Positions 8,329 to 18,138 of a stretch of DNA of 64,000 bases are shown here, in pieces. Position 1 is the stretch's first letter. Every line of letters starts with the position of its first letter. The notes below the pieces were generated by a model, which was not told where the DNA came from, did no database searches, and worked only from the letters and a program-made list of their open reading frames with translations. Position numbers and translations under genes: made by a program. This DNA comes from Geopsychrobacteraceae bacterium (GTDB taxonomy: Bacteria > Desulfobacterota > Desulfuromonadia > Desulfuromonadales > Geopsychrobacteraceae): positions 2,016,001-2,080,000 of the forward strand of contig CAXXTB010000002.1 in NCBI GenBank assembly GCA_963676795.2, read 5' to 3'.

Positions 8329-9384
8329 TCACAGAAATAAATCCCCCTGACAAAACAATTGAGAGTCATATAAATCTAAAAATTTATCACACCCATCATT
8401 CTTACCAATTTGAGAGGAAACCGCCTTCCCTATCGCCCGAGACAAAAGCGGAGGAACGGCATCTCCAATTTGAGTATATTGTGATGACTTGCTTCCAAAA
8501 AACTCCAAATCCCTTGGAAATGTTTGCACTATCGCACACTCTTCGACTGAGAGCCTTCGTGCTCCTTCAACCTGTCCACTTCTTGGTTTACCTCCACTAG
8601 ATAAGTGTCGATGATAATCAACAACAATCCCTCCAGTATCAATCCAGTGGGTCTTAGATCCACCAGATGAAGCTACAATGGTGTGACATAATCCATTAGG
8701 ATCAATTGGACGGCCACCACCATTGTAAACCAATCCAGCATATGGGTTTTTTCTCAAATCGGGATTTTTAGCATAGGTAACAGGAGTCTTTGCTGGTTCC
8801 CCGATAGGATCATCCTTCAAATAATCACTAATTTTTTCATAGGGCTTGCCTGCCAAGTCTCCATGTGTCGGAAAGGGGAACCTCAAAAACTCTTGCTTAC
8901 TGCCAAGAACAAACAATCTTTTTCGTTTTTGTGGAACGCCATAATCTCCTGCATGCAAAACTGACCAATTCAATTTATACCCTAGAGAACTCAAGCGATA
9001 TAATACAGAATCAAAATATGGTCTCGCTTTCTTTCCGATCAAGCCAGGTACATTTTCCATGACAAATGCCTCTGGCTGGACCTCTTCAATACAACGTATA
9101 AACTCAGGGACCATGTTTCGTTCATCTTTTTCAATCTTCTGCAGACCTCCTGTAGAAAACGGCTGGCAGGGGGGACCCCCAAAAACAACATCTACTTTTC
9201 CTCTGTACGAAGAAAAAGAAATCTCTCTTATATCCTTATTAAAATGGGAACAGCCCGTACTGTGGCTCGAATAGGTAGTTATTGCATCTTTGTTAAATTC
9301 TACACATAGAACTGGAACAATCCCAGCCTCCTTCATGCCTAGCGATAAACCTCCGGGACCACAGAACAAATCAATTGCTTTCAT
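8329..9384 (-). CDS. DNA cytosine-C5 methyltransferase
   Basis: DLFCGPGG, GGPPCQPFS, ENV, QKRKR, RRLS, QIGDAVPP motifs. Confidence 0.95.
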   Translation of the reverse strand: MKAIDLFCGPGGLSLGMKEAGIVPVLCVEFNKDAITTYSSHSTGCSHFNKDIREISFSSYRGKVDVVFGGPPCQPFSTGGLQKIEKDERNMVPEFIRCIEEVQPEAFVMENVPGLIGKKARPYFDSVLYRLSSLGYKLNWSVLHAGDYGVPQKRKRLFVLGSKQEFLRFPFPTHGDLAGKPYEKISDYLKDDPIGEPAKTPVTYAKNPDLRKNPYAGLVYNGGGRPIDPNGLCHTIVASSGGSKTHWIDTGGIVVDYHRHLSSGGKPRSGQVEGARRLSVEECAIVQTFPRDLEFFGSKSSQYTQIGDAVPPLLSRAIGKAVSSQIGKNDGCDKFLDLYDSQLFCQGDLFL

Positions 9385-9504
9385 TATTTACTTGGCACTT
9401 TCTAAGCTAGAATAAACCCATCCAGCAAACATCTATGGTTATTGTCCGAGATACCACATGTACTAATCCTACAAAAGTTCACGTTCAAAGTGAAGAGGAT
9501 CAAA

Positions 9505-9523
9505 TTGGACCATCAGTGGACCA
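9505..9523 (+). promoter_or_regulatory. Putative integrase arm-type binding sites (right)
   Basis: TTGGACCA-TC-AGTGGACCA, matching 914-933. Confidence 0.65.
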
Positions 9524-9532
9524 AAGCAGTGC

Positions 9533-9580
9533 AAAAAACAAAAAAAGGAAGCCAGCATAAAACGCTAACCTCCTGTTTTT
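9533..9580 (-). terminator. Terminator directly after the intact tRNA, inside the element
   Basis: Minus strand GGAGGTTAGC-N7-GCTGGCTTCC (with G-U pairs) followed by a long U tract. Confidence 0.6.
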
Positions 9581-9584
9581 ATTG

Positions 9585-9671
9585 TGGTACCCGGGACGAG
9601 ACTTGAACTCGTACAATCCGAAGATCGAGGGATTTTAAGTCCCTTGCGTCTACCAATTCCGCCACCCGGGC
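9585..9671 (-). tRNA. tRNA-Leu (anticodon TAA), 87 nt, encoded CCA
   Basis: GCCCGGGTGGCGGAATTGGTAGACGCAAGGGACTTAAAATCCCTCGATCTTCGGATTGTACGAGTTCAAGTCTCGTCCCGGGTACCA; long variable arm. Confidence 0.97.
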
Positions 9672-9681
9672 GTGGTGCACT

Positions 9682-9709
9682 ATATTAGTGATTCTAATCG
9701 GTCTGTCAA
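9682..9709 (-). promoter_or_regulatory. Probable sigma70 promoter of the tRNA
   Basis: TTGACA-N16-TAATAT ending about 10 nt before the tRNA. Confidence 0.55.
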
Positions 9710-9723
9710 CCAGAAATCAGTGA

Positions 9724-10566
9724 CTATTTCCAGGGGTGGAAGAAATTGATCTCACCTTTTTCCTTGATGACCCCAAGCTCAGTACACAGCTGATAAAACA
9801 AACGTAATCCCTCAATATGATCCTTTTCCAGACGGTAATCTATAGTCTGCCAATACTCATGGACCCTTTCAACTTCCATCCCTCTGGCTTCGGCGGCTTT
9901 GACTGTATACGCGGTCACATTGTTGAGCATCTTTTTACGCGCAGCGACTAATTGATGATACAACTGGTTGAAGGCTTCCGGATCCTGATCCAGACTCTCC
10001 TTACGGATCATCCAGAGAGCGTAGACAAACGGCAAGCCGGTTGCCTGCATCCAAAGCTCTCCCAGATCGTAGAAATGCGTGTCGTTGATACAGCCTTTAG
10101 CTTTCCTTAACGCACGGTCACCGATCAGCAGTCCCGTTTCGCCGTTGTTGATAAAGTCTTCGATTGGTTCGTCCGGAACGACATAATTGATATTCGTCTG
10201 TTTAAGAAATATCTCAAGAATAATCCGCAGCAAATAGACCGAGGTGTCCGATTCCTCAGTCAGGTAAACAGTCTGTCCGCTCAAATTGTCGATATCCTTG
10301 GAGCTGAACAGCAGGACACTTTTAACTTCGCCAACGGACGAAATCGAAAGCTCCGGAAAAACCATGTAGTCTTGCCAGTTCAGTGCATATTCGATTGAAG
10401 ACGAAAGGCTGGCGTCGATATGACCGATCCGCAGCAGTCCATTCAGCTGGGCTGGCACGCCTTCGATCAGTTCTCCTTCGAATCCACACTCTTTGAGCAA
10501 CTCAAAGTAAGGTACACTGTTCAGAAACGGAATTTTGCCTACATTGAGTTGTTTTTTTTCAGACAT
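9724..10566 (-). CDS. mqnA: Chorismate dehydratase (futalosine menaquinone pathway)
   Basis: VGKIPFLNSVP, VKSVLL, LLIGDRAL, DLGELW...TGLPFVYALW. Confidence 0.85.
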   Translation of the reverse strand: MSEKKQLNVGKIPFLNSVPYFELLKECGFEGELIEGVPAQLNGLLRIGHIDASLSSSIEYALNWQDYMVFPELSISSVGEVKSVLLFSSKDIDNLSGQTVYLTEESDTSVYLLRIILEIFLKQTNINYVVPDEPIEDFINNGETGLLIGDRALRKAKGCINDTHFYDLGELWMQATGLPFVYALWMIRKESLDQDPEAFNQLYHQLVAARKKMLNNVTAYTVKAAEARGMEVERVHEYWQTIDYRLEKDHIEGLRLFYQLCTELGVIKEKGEINFFHPWK

Positions 10567-10629
10567 AATAAAAACCTTGATCTATGAACAAGCCATTCTT
10601 GCTTTAGCCCATCCAGTTGACATGACAGA

Positions 10630-11967
10630 TTAGAGCTTCACTCTTTCGAGAAAGTTCGTATCAAAATTTCCATCGATAAAATCCTTATTGCCCATCATCT
10701 TCTGATGAAACGAGATGGTCGTCTTGATCCCCTCGATGATGTATTCATCAAGAGCCGTTGCCATCTTCTTGATCGCTTCCTCGCGGGTTTCCGCATGGAC
10801 AATCAGCTTGCCGATCATCGAATCGTAGTGCGGCAGAACGGTATACTGATCGTAGAGCGCACTTTCGACGCGAACCCCCATGCCACCAGGGACATGATAT
10901 CCGGTTATTTTTCCCGGGAATGGAGTGAATTTGACAGGATCCTCAGCGTTGATCCGGCACTCAATTGCATGCCCCTTGATCTGGATATCTTCCTGCTTGT
11001 AGCGCAGCGGCAGGCCGGCGGCAGCACGGATCTGCTCCTTGATGATATCGACTCCGGTGACCATCTCGGTGACCGGATGCTCAACCTGGACGCGGGTATT
11101 CATTTCCATGAAATAGAAACTGCCATCAGAATCGAGTAGATACTCGACTGTACCGGCACTGCAGTAGTTGACGGCCTTGGCCGCAGCTACCGCACACTCA
11201 CCCATCTTTTCACGGATATCCTGAGAAAGAACTGGACAGGGGGATTCTTCAATCAGTTTCTGGTGGCGTCTTTGAATGGAACAGTCGCGTTCGCCAAGAT
11301 GGATGACGTTACCATGCTTGTCGCCCATGATCTGAATCTCAACATGGCGCGGATTCTCACAGAACTTTTCGATATAGACATCGGCACGGCCAAACCCGGA
11401 TTGGGCTTCGGCGCGCGCTGTTGCCAGCGCGTTTGACAGGGATGCCGGAGAATGAACGATCTTCATCCCCCGTCCGCCACCACCAGCGGAAGCCTTGATA
11501 ATGACCGGATAGCCGATCGCCTCCGCGATCTTCTGCGCTTCCTCAGTCGTTTCAATACTTTCGTTGGTCCCCGGCAGAATCGGCACGCCTGCAGCGGTAA
11601 CAGTCTGACGCGCAGAGATTTTATCCCCCATCAGGCGCATACTTTCAGCAGTCGGGCCGATGAAGGTGATTCCGCACTGCTCGCAGATCTCAGCGAACTC
11701 GGCATTTTCGGAAAGAAAACCGTAACCCGGGTGGATCGCATCAGCATCAGCAATTTCAGCTGCGCTGATAATCGCTTTGATGTTCAGATAACTGTCGGCA
11801 CTGGCGGTCGGACCGATACAGATACTTTCATCGGCCAGACTGACATGCAGGGCTTCATGATCGGCGGTTGAATGAACGGCAACCGTCTTGATCCCCAGTT
11901 CCTTACATGCACGAATAATACGCAGTGCAATTTCACCGCGATTGGCAATCAATATTTTATGAAACAT
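10630..11967 (-). CDS. accC: Acetyl-CoA carboxylase biotin carboxylase
   Basis: [38 protein letters not shown]. Confidence 0.97.
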   Translation of the reverse strand: MFHKILIANRGEIALRIIRACKELGIKTVAVHSTADHEALHVSLADESICIGPTASADSYLNIKAIISAAEIADADAIHPGYGFLSENAEFAEICEQCGITFIGPTAESMRLMGDKISARQTVTAAGVPILPGTNESIETTEEAQKIAEAIGYPVIIKASAGGGGRGMKIVHSPASLSNALATARAEAQSGFGRADVYIEKFCENPRHVEIQIMGDKHGNVIHLGERDCSIQRRHQKLIEESPCPVLSQDIREKMGECAVAAAKAVNYCSAGTVEYLLDSDGSFYFMEMNTRVQVEHPVTEMVTGVDIIKEQIRAAAGLPLRYKQEDIQIKGHAIECRINAEDPVKFTPFPGKITGYHVPGGMGVRVESALYDQYTVLPHYDSMIGKLIVHAETREEAIKKMATALDEYIIEGIKTTISFHQKMMGNKDFIDGNFDTNFLERVKL

Positions 11968-12026
11968 CGTCCTCTACTCCTGAATTATCCCTGGATCTGC
12001 TCACCCCGACCAAACAGCCGGCTCAA

Positions 12027-12494
12027 TCAGAGACGCTCGACAAGGAACAGAGTCTCGCCGTATTCAACCGGAGTCGCATCTTCTTTGGCGATCTCAATGA
12101 CCTTACACTTGAATTCAGCTTCAATGTCATTATAGAGCTTCATCGCTTCAAGCAGGCCCAGGGCCTGACCAACCTCGATAATATCTCCGACCTTGCAATA
12201 AGGGTCAGAGTCAGGTGTCGGACGGCGATAGAAGGTCCCGACCATAGGCGCGGTAATCGCTTCGTACTTGTCATTTACAACCTTTTCCTGCACAGGAGCT
12301 GGAGCTGCTGCCTCTGCAACAGGCAAAGCAGGAGTAACACTGGCAACAGGAACAGGCGCCGCAGCGACCTGAACAAACTCTTTCTCTACGCCACGCTTGA
12401 TCTGAACTTTTCCGTCAGCATCTTCAAGGTTGAATTCGGTAATATCGGTTTCGGTAATCAGTTTTATTAAGGCTTTAAGGTCTTTCAATTCCAT
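12027..12494 (-). CDS. accB: Biotin carboxyl carrier protein
   Basis: EAMKL biotinylation motif, Ala/Pro linker, PMVGTFY. Confidence 0.96.
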   Translation of the reverse strand: MELKDLKALIKLITETDITEFNLEDADGKVQIKRGVEKEFVQVAAAPVPVASVTPALPVAEAAAPAPVQEKVVNDKYEAITAPMVGTFYRRPTPDSDPYCKVGDIIEVGQALGLLEAMKLYNDIEAEFKCKVIEIAKEDATPVEYGETLFLVERL

Positions 12495-12553
12495 TTTATC
12501 CTCCTGAGAATTCTGACACCATACTTGAACAGCGGCAGAACTGACTTAAAATA

Positions 12554-13627
12554 TTACGCAGGCAACTGCCTGAAACCTTTTGGTATCGATGTCAAAATAT
12601 CACAGCCTGCAGCTGTGACAACAACCATATCCTCTATCCGTACACCGCCAACCTGAGGCAGGTAAATTCCAGGCTCAATGGTGATGACCATCCCTTCGGT
12701 CAGAACCTCGGTCGAGCGGGACGAAACGGAAGGCTGTTCGTGAATCTCAAGGCCGACACCGTGGCCAAGGCCGTGCCCGAAATATTCTCCAAACCCTGCA
12801 GCTGCAATCAGATCTCTGGCCACGGCATCAAGTGCCGCGATTTGCATCCCAGGCCGGACAGCCGCAATAGCGGAATCATGAGCTTCTAACACAATATCGA
12901 AAATTTGTCGAAGATTTCCCGCAGGCTCACCAACTGCGACAGTCACGGTTTCATCAGAATGATAACCGTCAACAACAGTTCCAAAATCGATGGTAACCAA
13001 CTCCCCTTCCTGCAGCACCTTCTCACTGGCGACTCCGTGTGGAAAGGCCCCCCGAGGGCCAGAGGCAACGATAAAATCGAAGGCATTGGCCTCCCCTCCC
13101 AGACGCTTCAAGGCAAATTCAAGCTCCAGGGCGATATGGCGCTCACTGATCCCGGGTCTGAACAGGGGAAGAATCGTGTCAAAGGCCTGCTTATTGAGAT
13201 CTGCTGCCTTGCAGATCAGAGCCAGTTCTTCAGCCGACTTCACTTGGCGCAAGGCCTGAACCTGTTTGCCAAGGGAGGTCCAAGTTAGTGAGTCTGGTGA
13301 AACGGATAACAGATCCTCATATTGAGCGACACTGATCGCAGCGGAATCGAAGCCTATCGATGAATACCTCTTGTCAGCCAGGTATTCAACGACAGCCTTG
13401 TATTTCTCTTTATAACAGACAACCTGATCGGCACGGACCTGCTGCCTGGCCTGTTGTTCGTAACGGGAATCGGAAAGGAACACCGTCTCCTCTCCTGAAA
13501 CAATAAAAACGCCATCTGTTCCGGTAAATGCGGAAAGATAGCGTATATTTGTCAGACCAAAAAAGACAATAGCATCCAGCTTTTCAGTCTGCATTATCGA
13601 TGTAAGCAGATGAAATCGGTTCAACAC
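12554..13627 (-). CDS. Xaa-Pro aminopeptidase (M24B)
   Basis: HGLGHGVGLEIHE, TIEPGIY, GVRIED. Confidence 0.93.
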   Translation of the reverse strand: MLNRFHLLTSIMQTEKLDAIVFFGLTNIRYLSAFTGTDGVFIVSGEETVFLSDSRYEQQARQQVRADQVVCYKEKYKAVVEYLADKRYSSIGFDSAAISVAQYEDLLSVSPDSLTWTSLGKQVQALRQVKSAEELALICKAADLNKQAFDTILPLFRPGISERHIALELEFALKRLGGEANAFDFIVASGPRGAFPHGVASEKVLQEGELVTIDFGTVVDGYHSDETVTVAVGEPAGNLRQIFDIVLEAHDSAIAAVRPGMQIAALDAVARDLIAAAGFGEYFGHGLGHGVGLEIHEQPSVSSRSTEVLTEGMVITIEPGIYLPQVGGVRIEDMVVVTAAGCDILTSIPKGFRQLPA

Positions 13628-13657
13628 ATCTGAAACCTTTTGTAGTAAGTCTATGAT

Positions 13658-14020
13658 TTACCCAAGAAGAGCCTCACGCAGTCCGTATGACTCCTTCAGC
13701 AACTGATAACGTCCCTGGCCGAAGTTACCGCTTCGCTTCAGAACCAGCGCGGCAAAATACTCAGCCGTCAGATGGCGGATGATAACATAATAACGATCAG
13801 TTTTGATCGACACTTCTTCCAATTCGCCATTCTGAAGAATTTCTGCAGTGTTACGGATTTCCTTGACGGTATTAGAATATTCGATCCCCATCAGGGTCAT
13901 ATCGGTATCATTGTCAGGATTTCTGAATGACTCGATACCGATTCCATCATAGCCCATCAGAATAGCCCCGATCGCATCTGCGGTATTACTCACAATTTTT
14001 TCAAGAGATTGCTTAAACAT
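13658..14020 (-). CDS. mglC: Roadblock/LC7 protein, MglC-like
   Basis: 120 aa, LMGYDGI motif; lies between pilQ and accBC. Confidence 0.6.
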   Translation of the reverse strand: MFKQSLEKIVSNTADAIGAILMGYDGIGIESFRNPDNDTDMTLMGIEYSNTVKEIRNTAEILQNGELEEVSIKTDRYYVIIRHLTAEYFAALVLKRSGNFGQGRYQLLKESYGLREALLG

Positions 14021-14843
14021 GCTCTCTCCTACGCTGAATATTATTCAGAAGATGATTCAATTTGCTCAAAACATCAGATCCTTCTTGATCACGATTCAGC
14101 CCCTCTGAATCCTGCTCACTATCAGCCAATGTTACACAGCTGTCAATCGCCGATTCTTCTGCCACAGGCTCTTCCATGATGACAGGCTCAACAGCTTCAT
14201 CGGCAACAGGTTCAAGAACGTCAGAGTCTGATTCGAGCTCCTTGATCTTTCGCCTTAACACCAAGTCATCCGGAGACGCAGCAGAAAGCTTGCGATACAT
14301 GTCCAGAGCATCTGCCCTTAAGCCCTGTTTCAAATAAAGGTCAGCCAGCGTCGTTGAAATCAACGGGCCTTTTTTCGTTTCGGCTTCTTCCTCAGCAATA
14401 GCCTCATCACTACCAGGCTCAGGAACAGGAAGCGAAAGCAGCAATTTATTGATCACCGGATCGGCAGGACTCAAATGACGTGCTCTGAGCAAATAGTCCC
14501 TGGCCTCATCCTCTTCACCGAGGAGAATCTTCACACGGGCAATACCGACCAGAGCGGCAAGGCTGTCGGGCTCCAGGTCGAGCGACTTTTTAAATGACTC
14601 AGCCGAGCCTTTGTAATCTTCCAGCTGACAGAGGATTCGAGCCATGACGATATGGGCCGGTCCGAAATCAGGGTGACGCTCAAGCCCCCGCAACAGGATC
14701 TGACGACCATCATCATACATGCCCAGTTTACGGTAGGTTTCAGCCAAAGAAACAAAAATAGTCGAACTCGGATCCTTGACCAGAATTTCCGTATAAACGG
14801 CTATCTTCCCTAAAAAAGTTGTCTGCTGATTCTGCTCACTCAT
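14013..14843 (-). CDS. TPR-repeat protein
   Basis: DPSSTIFVSLAETYRK and TTLADLYLKQG TPR-like helices; acidic tail. Confidence 0.8.
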   Translation of the reverse strand: MSEQNQQTTFLGKIAVYTEILVKDPSSTIFVSLAETYRKLGMYDDGRQILLRGLERHPDFGPAHIVMARILCQLEDYKGSAESFKKSLDLEPDSLAALVGIARVKILLGEEDEARDYLLRARHLSPADPVINKLLLSLPVPEPGSDEAIAEEEAETKKGPLISTTLADLYLKQGLRADALDMYRKLSAASPDDLVLRRKIKELESDSDVLEPVADEAVEPVIMEEPVAEESAIDSCVTLADSEQDSEGLNRDQEGSDVLSKLNHLLNNIQRRREHV

Positions 14844-14858
14844 ATCGACTCCATGGAA

Positions 14859-15938
14859 TCAAAGCACTGAGGCAAAAAGGTCGGCTACATTTTCAACTTT
14901 TTTCAGTTGGGTCTCACCAATCCCACAATTAAGAACCATTGTCAGGGTCCCCTGATTTACCTTCTTGTCATGCTGCATGGCAGCAACATATTGTTCAAGA
15001 GAGAACCCCTCCGGAGCCGTAACAGGCAAACCAAGAGTGGTCAGCAGCGCAACAATACGCTCAACATCCTCTTTAGAACACAGACCTAACTGCTGCGATA
15101 TCTTGGCTGCAACGACCATCCCGACTGCAACAGCCTCACCATGCTTCCACTGGCCATAACCGGCCAGGGACTCAATCGCATGGCCGAAGGTGTGCCCATA
15201 ATTCAGGATCGCCCGCAAGGAACTTTCGCGCTCATCAGACCCGACAACATCGGCCTTGATCTGACAGGATGTCTTGATGGCATGAATCAGTGCCGCTGGG
15301 TCAAGTTTTCTCAGTTTGTCGGCATTATTCTCAAGCCAGGTAAAAAAATCAGCATCGCGAATGACACCATACTTGACGACCTCGGCAAGCCCAGAGGAGA
15401 TTTCCCTCGGTTCAAGGGTTCTCAGCGTATCAATATCGATATGGACCAGTTCAGGCTGATAAAAGGCGCCGATCAGGTTTTTGCCAAGAGGGTGATTGAC
15501 AGCCGTCTTACCACCGACCGAGCTGTCAACCTGCGATAACAGTGTTGTCGGAACCTGAGCATAAGGAATCCCGCGTAACATCGTAGCAGCAGCGAAACCA
15601 GCCATATCACCGATAACACCGCCGCCCAGAGCGACAATACCGCAGCCACGATCAAAAGATTGCTCTATCAGAAAATCATAGACAGAGGTCAATGTTTCCA
15701 AAGTCTTGTATTCTTCACCATCTGGAACATTACATCGAGAAACAGAAAAACCATCTTTTTCAAGGCTGTGAAGGACGATCTCTCCGTAAATCCGATCAAC
15801 TGTCGGGTTGGAAATCACCGCAACACGTTTCGGGAAATTAACTTTTGTAAGATTTTCGCCAAGAGTTTTAAGCGATCCCGACGAAATCTCGATCGGATAG
15901 CTCCGCTCCCCCAGTGACACATTCAAAGTTTCCTGCAT
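14859..15938 (-). CDS. aroB: 3-dehydroquinate synthase
   Basis: GGGVIGD, PTTLLSQVDSSVGGKT, LNYGHTFGHAIE; ATG at 15938 preferred. Confidence 0.96.
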   Translation of the reverse strand: MQETLNVSLGERSYPIEISSGSLKTLGENLTKVNFPKRVAVISNPTVDRIYGEIVLHSLEKDGFSVSRCNVPDGEEYKTLETLTSVYDFLIEQSFDRGCGIVALGGGVIGDMAGFAAATMLRGIPYAQVPTTLLSQVDSSVGGKTAVNHPLGKNLIGAFYQPELVHIDIDTLRTLEPREISSGLAEVVKYGVIRDADFFTWLENNADKLRKLDPAALIHAIKTSCQIKADVVGSDERESSLRAILNYGHTFGHAIESLAGYGQWKHGEAVAVGMVVAAKISQQLGLCSKEDVERIVALLTTLGLPVTAPEGFSLEQYVAAMQHDKKVNQGTLTMVLNCGIGETQLKKVENVADLFASVL

Positions 15939-15957
15939 AAAATACTTCTTTTCAGAC

Positions 15958-15986
15958 AAAAAAAGGGCAGGTTTCCCTGCCCTTTT
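15958..15986 (-). terminator. Intrinsic terminator after pilQ
   Basis: AAAAGGGCAGG-GAAA-CCTGCCCTTTTTTT. Confidence 0.85.
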
Positions 15987-16000
15987 GGGAAAACAGTCGA

Positions 16001-18082
16001 TTAATCTATAGTAACAATTCGAGGAGTAACGAAAATCAGCAATTCACTCTTTGTTGTTTGAGTTGACTCTGCTTTGAATAGATATCCTAGAATCGGAATG
16101 TTCTTCAACCCAGGAATGCCTCCATCTGAATCATTTTGAGTCTCAACATAAATGCCGCCCAAAACTGTCGTTTCTCCGTCATGAATCAATACTTTTGTTT
16201 GAGCCTTTTGCGTATCAATACTTGGTGCAGTAGCCCCAGTTGTCACAGAAGGAGTGTCGTTTGTCGCTAGAATATCGAGAATAATTGAGCTATCGGGGTT
16301 AATAACTGGCGTCACCTCAAGCTTTAAAACAGCATCAACGAATTCAGTCTTTGTTGCGCCATCTGCGTATGATTGATATGGGATCGTTGTACCTTGACTG
16401 ATGAGTGCTTTTTCACCATTTAATGTTGTTACCCGCGGTGTCGAGATAACTTTTGCCTTGCCGTCTGTTTCCAGTGCAGATATCTGCATATCAAGGATAG
16501 TATCATTGAAAATATTGCCAAATTCTAGCTGAGAATTCAGACCAGCGAGAGAAAGTAGAGTTCCATCGTCATCGACCATATCTACAAAAAAATCGCCGCC
16601 GCCGCCAACCATACCGGAAAGCTCATCATCTGTCCTTGTGAAATACCAATTAATACCTAAATCACGGGTGTAATTAGAATTCACCTGAACAATCCGTGCC
16701 TCAATCATAACCTGGCGTTCAGGAGTATCAAGAATCTTAACCAGCTCTTGAATCTTCTCAATTTTTGCATGGATATCATTAACTATTAGCAGTTTATTTC
16801 TACTATCCTCAGTGATAGAGCCACGATCACTCAAGATTTTCTTAACAGGACCCGAAACACTTTTCAAGTCTGCATAGCTGACAGTAATTACAGCCGTTTC
16901 TAAATTTTCCAATTTCTCCTGAGAACGTTTATTCGCCAACTCAGCCTGTTTCATCTGATTGATCTTTTCCATCGGCAAAATTCTGATAACAGTTCCGTCC
17001 TCAATCGTTCCGAGCCCAAGAACATCCAAGACCAGATCCAGCGCCTGATCCCAAGGGACATCGATTAATCTAAGAGTAATATCGCCCTTAACATCGTCCG
17101 AGGCGATAATATTCATATTGCTGATTTCAGCCAACAGACGTAACACATCACGCACATCGGCCTTATCAAAAACAAGAGAGGTTTTTTCACCTGTGTATAC
17201 CTTCTTCAATGAAGTATTAATTACCTGATTTGACACGACAGGAGAAACCGTAGCAACAGCGGAACCAGTACTGAGTTCGCCATTATCCGCTGACAAAACC
17301 CCGCCAGCAGCAACAGCTGTTGTACCAGTCGACTGGGCCATATCAACGGCATAGGCCCCATCATCAACAACAAGCTCAACACCACCAACTGTTTTCTTCA
17401 GCGAATACTGAACATCTCCCTTCAATTTGGTCATAAAACGGACATTAGGCTTTCCATTGGCATTAACCATATATGCATATGTCGAATAGATCGCACTTGG
17501 AAATGATAACGTGTCAAACTCACGAGACAATGAGCGTGGAATCGTCGTATTTTGGAATTCATACAACAATGTATTATCTGCCTTGATAACATCAGAAACT
17601 TGCACATCTCCATTGATCTTTATAGCAACAATAGATTTGCCTGCGTCTGAAGAAAAATCTATCGAGACAATCTGAGCACTGCCAGAAATCATAGGCTGGT
17701 CTGATGGCACAAGAGGCTCCCAACTGACCGTTGCCTTGTCTGATGCGATATCAACATTGAATACAGGGAATTGATTTCCAGATACATCAAAGACGAACCG
17801 TGATTTATCGGGCAACGCACCTGCCCTTAATCTATCAAAACCATTATACAGTGGAATCGTATCTGCGTGTGATCCAGGGACAACACCGTAAAGATCGACA
17901 ACAAGGCGCTTAGGCCCATCAAGTGTAAAATATTTTACATGATCAATGCCCAGAGTTGATGTCAATTCAACTTTTCTTTCCCCTACGTTTACAACTGACA
18001 TCGAGTCAGCCGCAAAGGACAAAGAGCAAATAACAGTCGAACACATCAGTGCTAAACTGAGGATCACAACGATTCTTCTCAT
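16001..18082 (-). CDS. pilQ: Type IV pilus secretin with AMIN domains
   Basis: RLVVDL, VPWDQALD, QVMIEARIV, GETTVLGGI, IPILGYLFK, ELLIFVTPRI. Confidence 0.95.
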   Translation of the reverse strand: MRRIVVILSLALMCSTVICSLSFAADSMSVVNVGERKVELTSTLGIDHVKYFTLDGPKRLVVDLYGVVPGSHADTIPLYNGFDRLRAGALPDKSRFVFDVSGNQFPVFNVDIASDKATVSWEPLVPSDQPMISGSAQIVSIDFSSDAGKSIVAIKINGDVQVSDVIKADNTLLYEFQNTTIPRSLSREFDTLSFPSAIYSTYAYMVNANGKPNVRFMTKLKGDVQYSLKKTVGGVELVVDDGAYAVDMAQSTGTTAVAAGGVLSADNGELSTGSAVATVSPVVSNQVINTSLKKVYTGEKTSLVFDKADVRDVLRLLAEISNMNIIASDDVKGDITLRLIDVPWDQALDLVLDVLGLGTIEDGTVIRILPMEKINQMKQAELANKRSQEKLENLETAVITVSYADLKSVSGPVKKILSDRGSITEDSRNKLLIVNDIHAKIEKIQELVKILDTPERQVMIEARIVQVNSNYTRDLGINWYFTRTDDELSGMVGGGGDFFVDMVDDDGTLLSLAGLNSQLEFGNIFNDTILDMQISALETDGKAKVISTPRVTTLNGEKALISQGTTIPYQSYADGATKTEFVDAVLKLEVTPVINPDSSIILDILATNDTPSVTTGATAPSIDTQKAQTKVLIHDGETTVLGGIYVETQNDSDGGIPGLKNIPILGYLFKAESTQTTKSELLIFVTPRIVTID

Positions 18083-18138
18083 ATTAATTCCCCTAGTTTT
18101 TTAAATCTCACAAACCACTGACAACTATACGGACAAGT

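Larger units (their letters stand above)
742..9641. mobile_element. tRNA-Leu-integrated element / genomic island (~8.8 kb) with integrase, xis-like gene, Rep and defence cargo
   Basis: 58-bp att repeats, tyrosine integrase, repeated arm-like sites, visibly more AT-rich than the flanks. Confidence 0.93.

Noticed and set aside
742..9641. Prophage
   Set aside because: No structural, packaging, lysis or zot/pI genes
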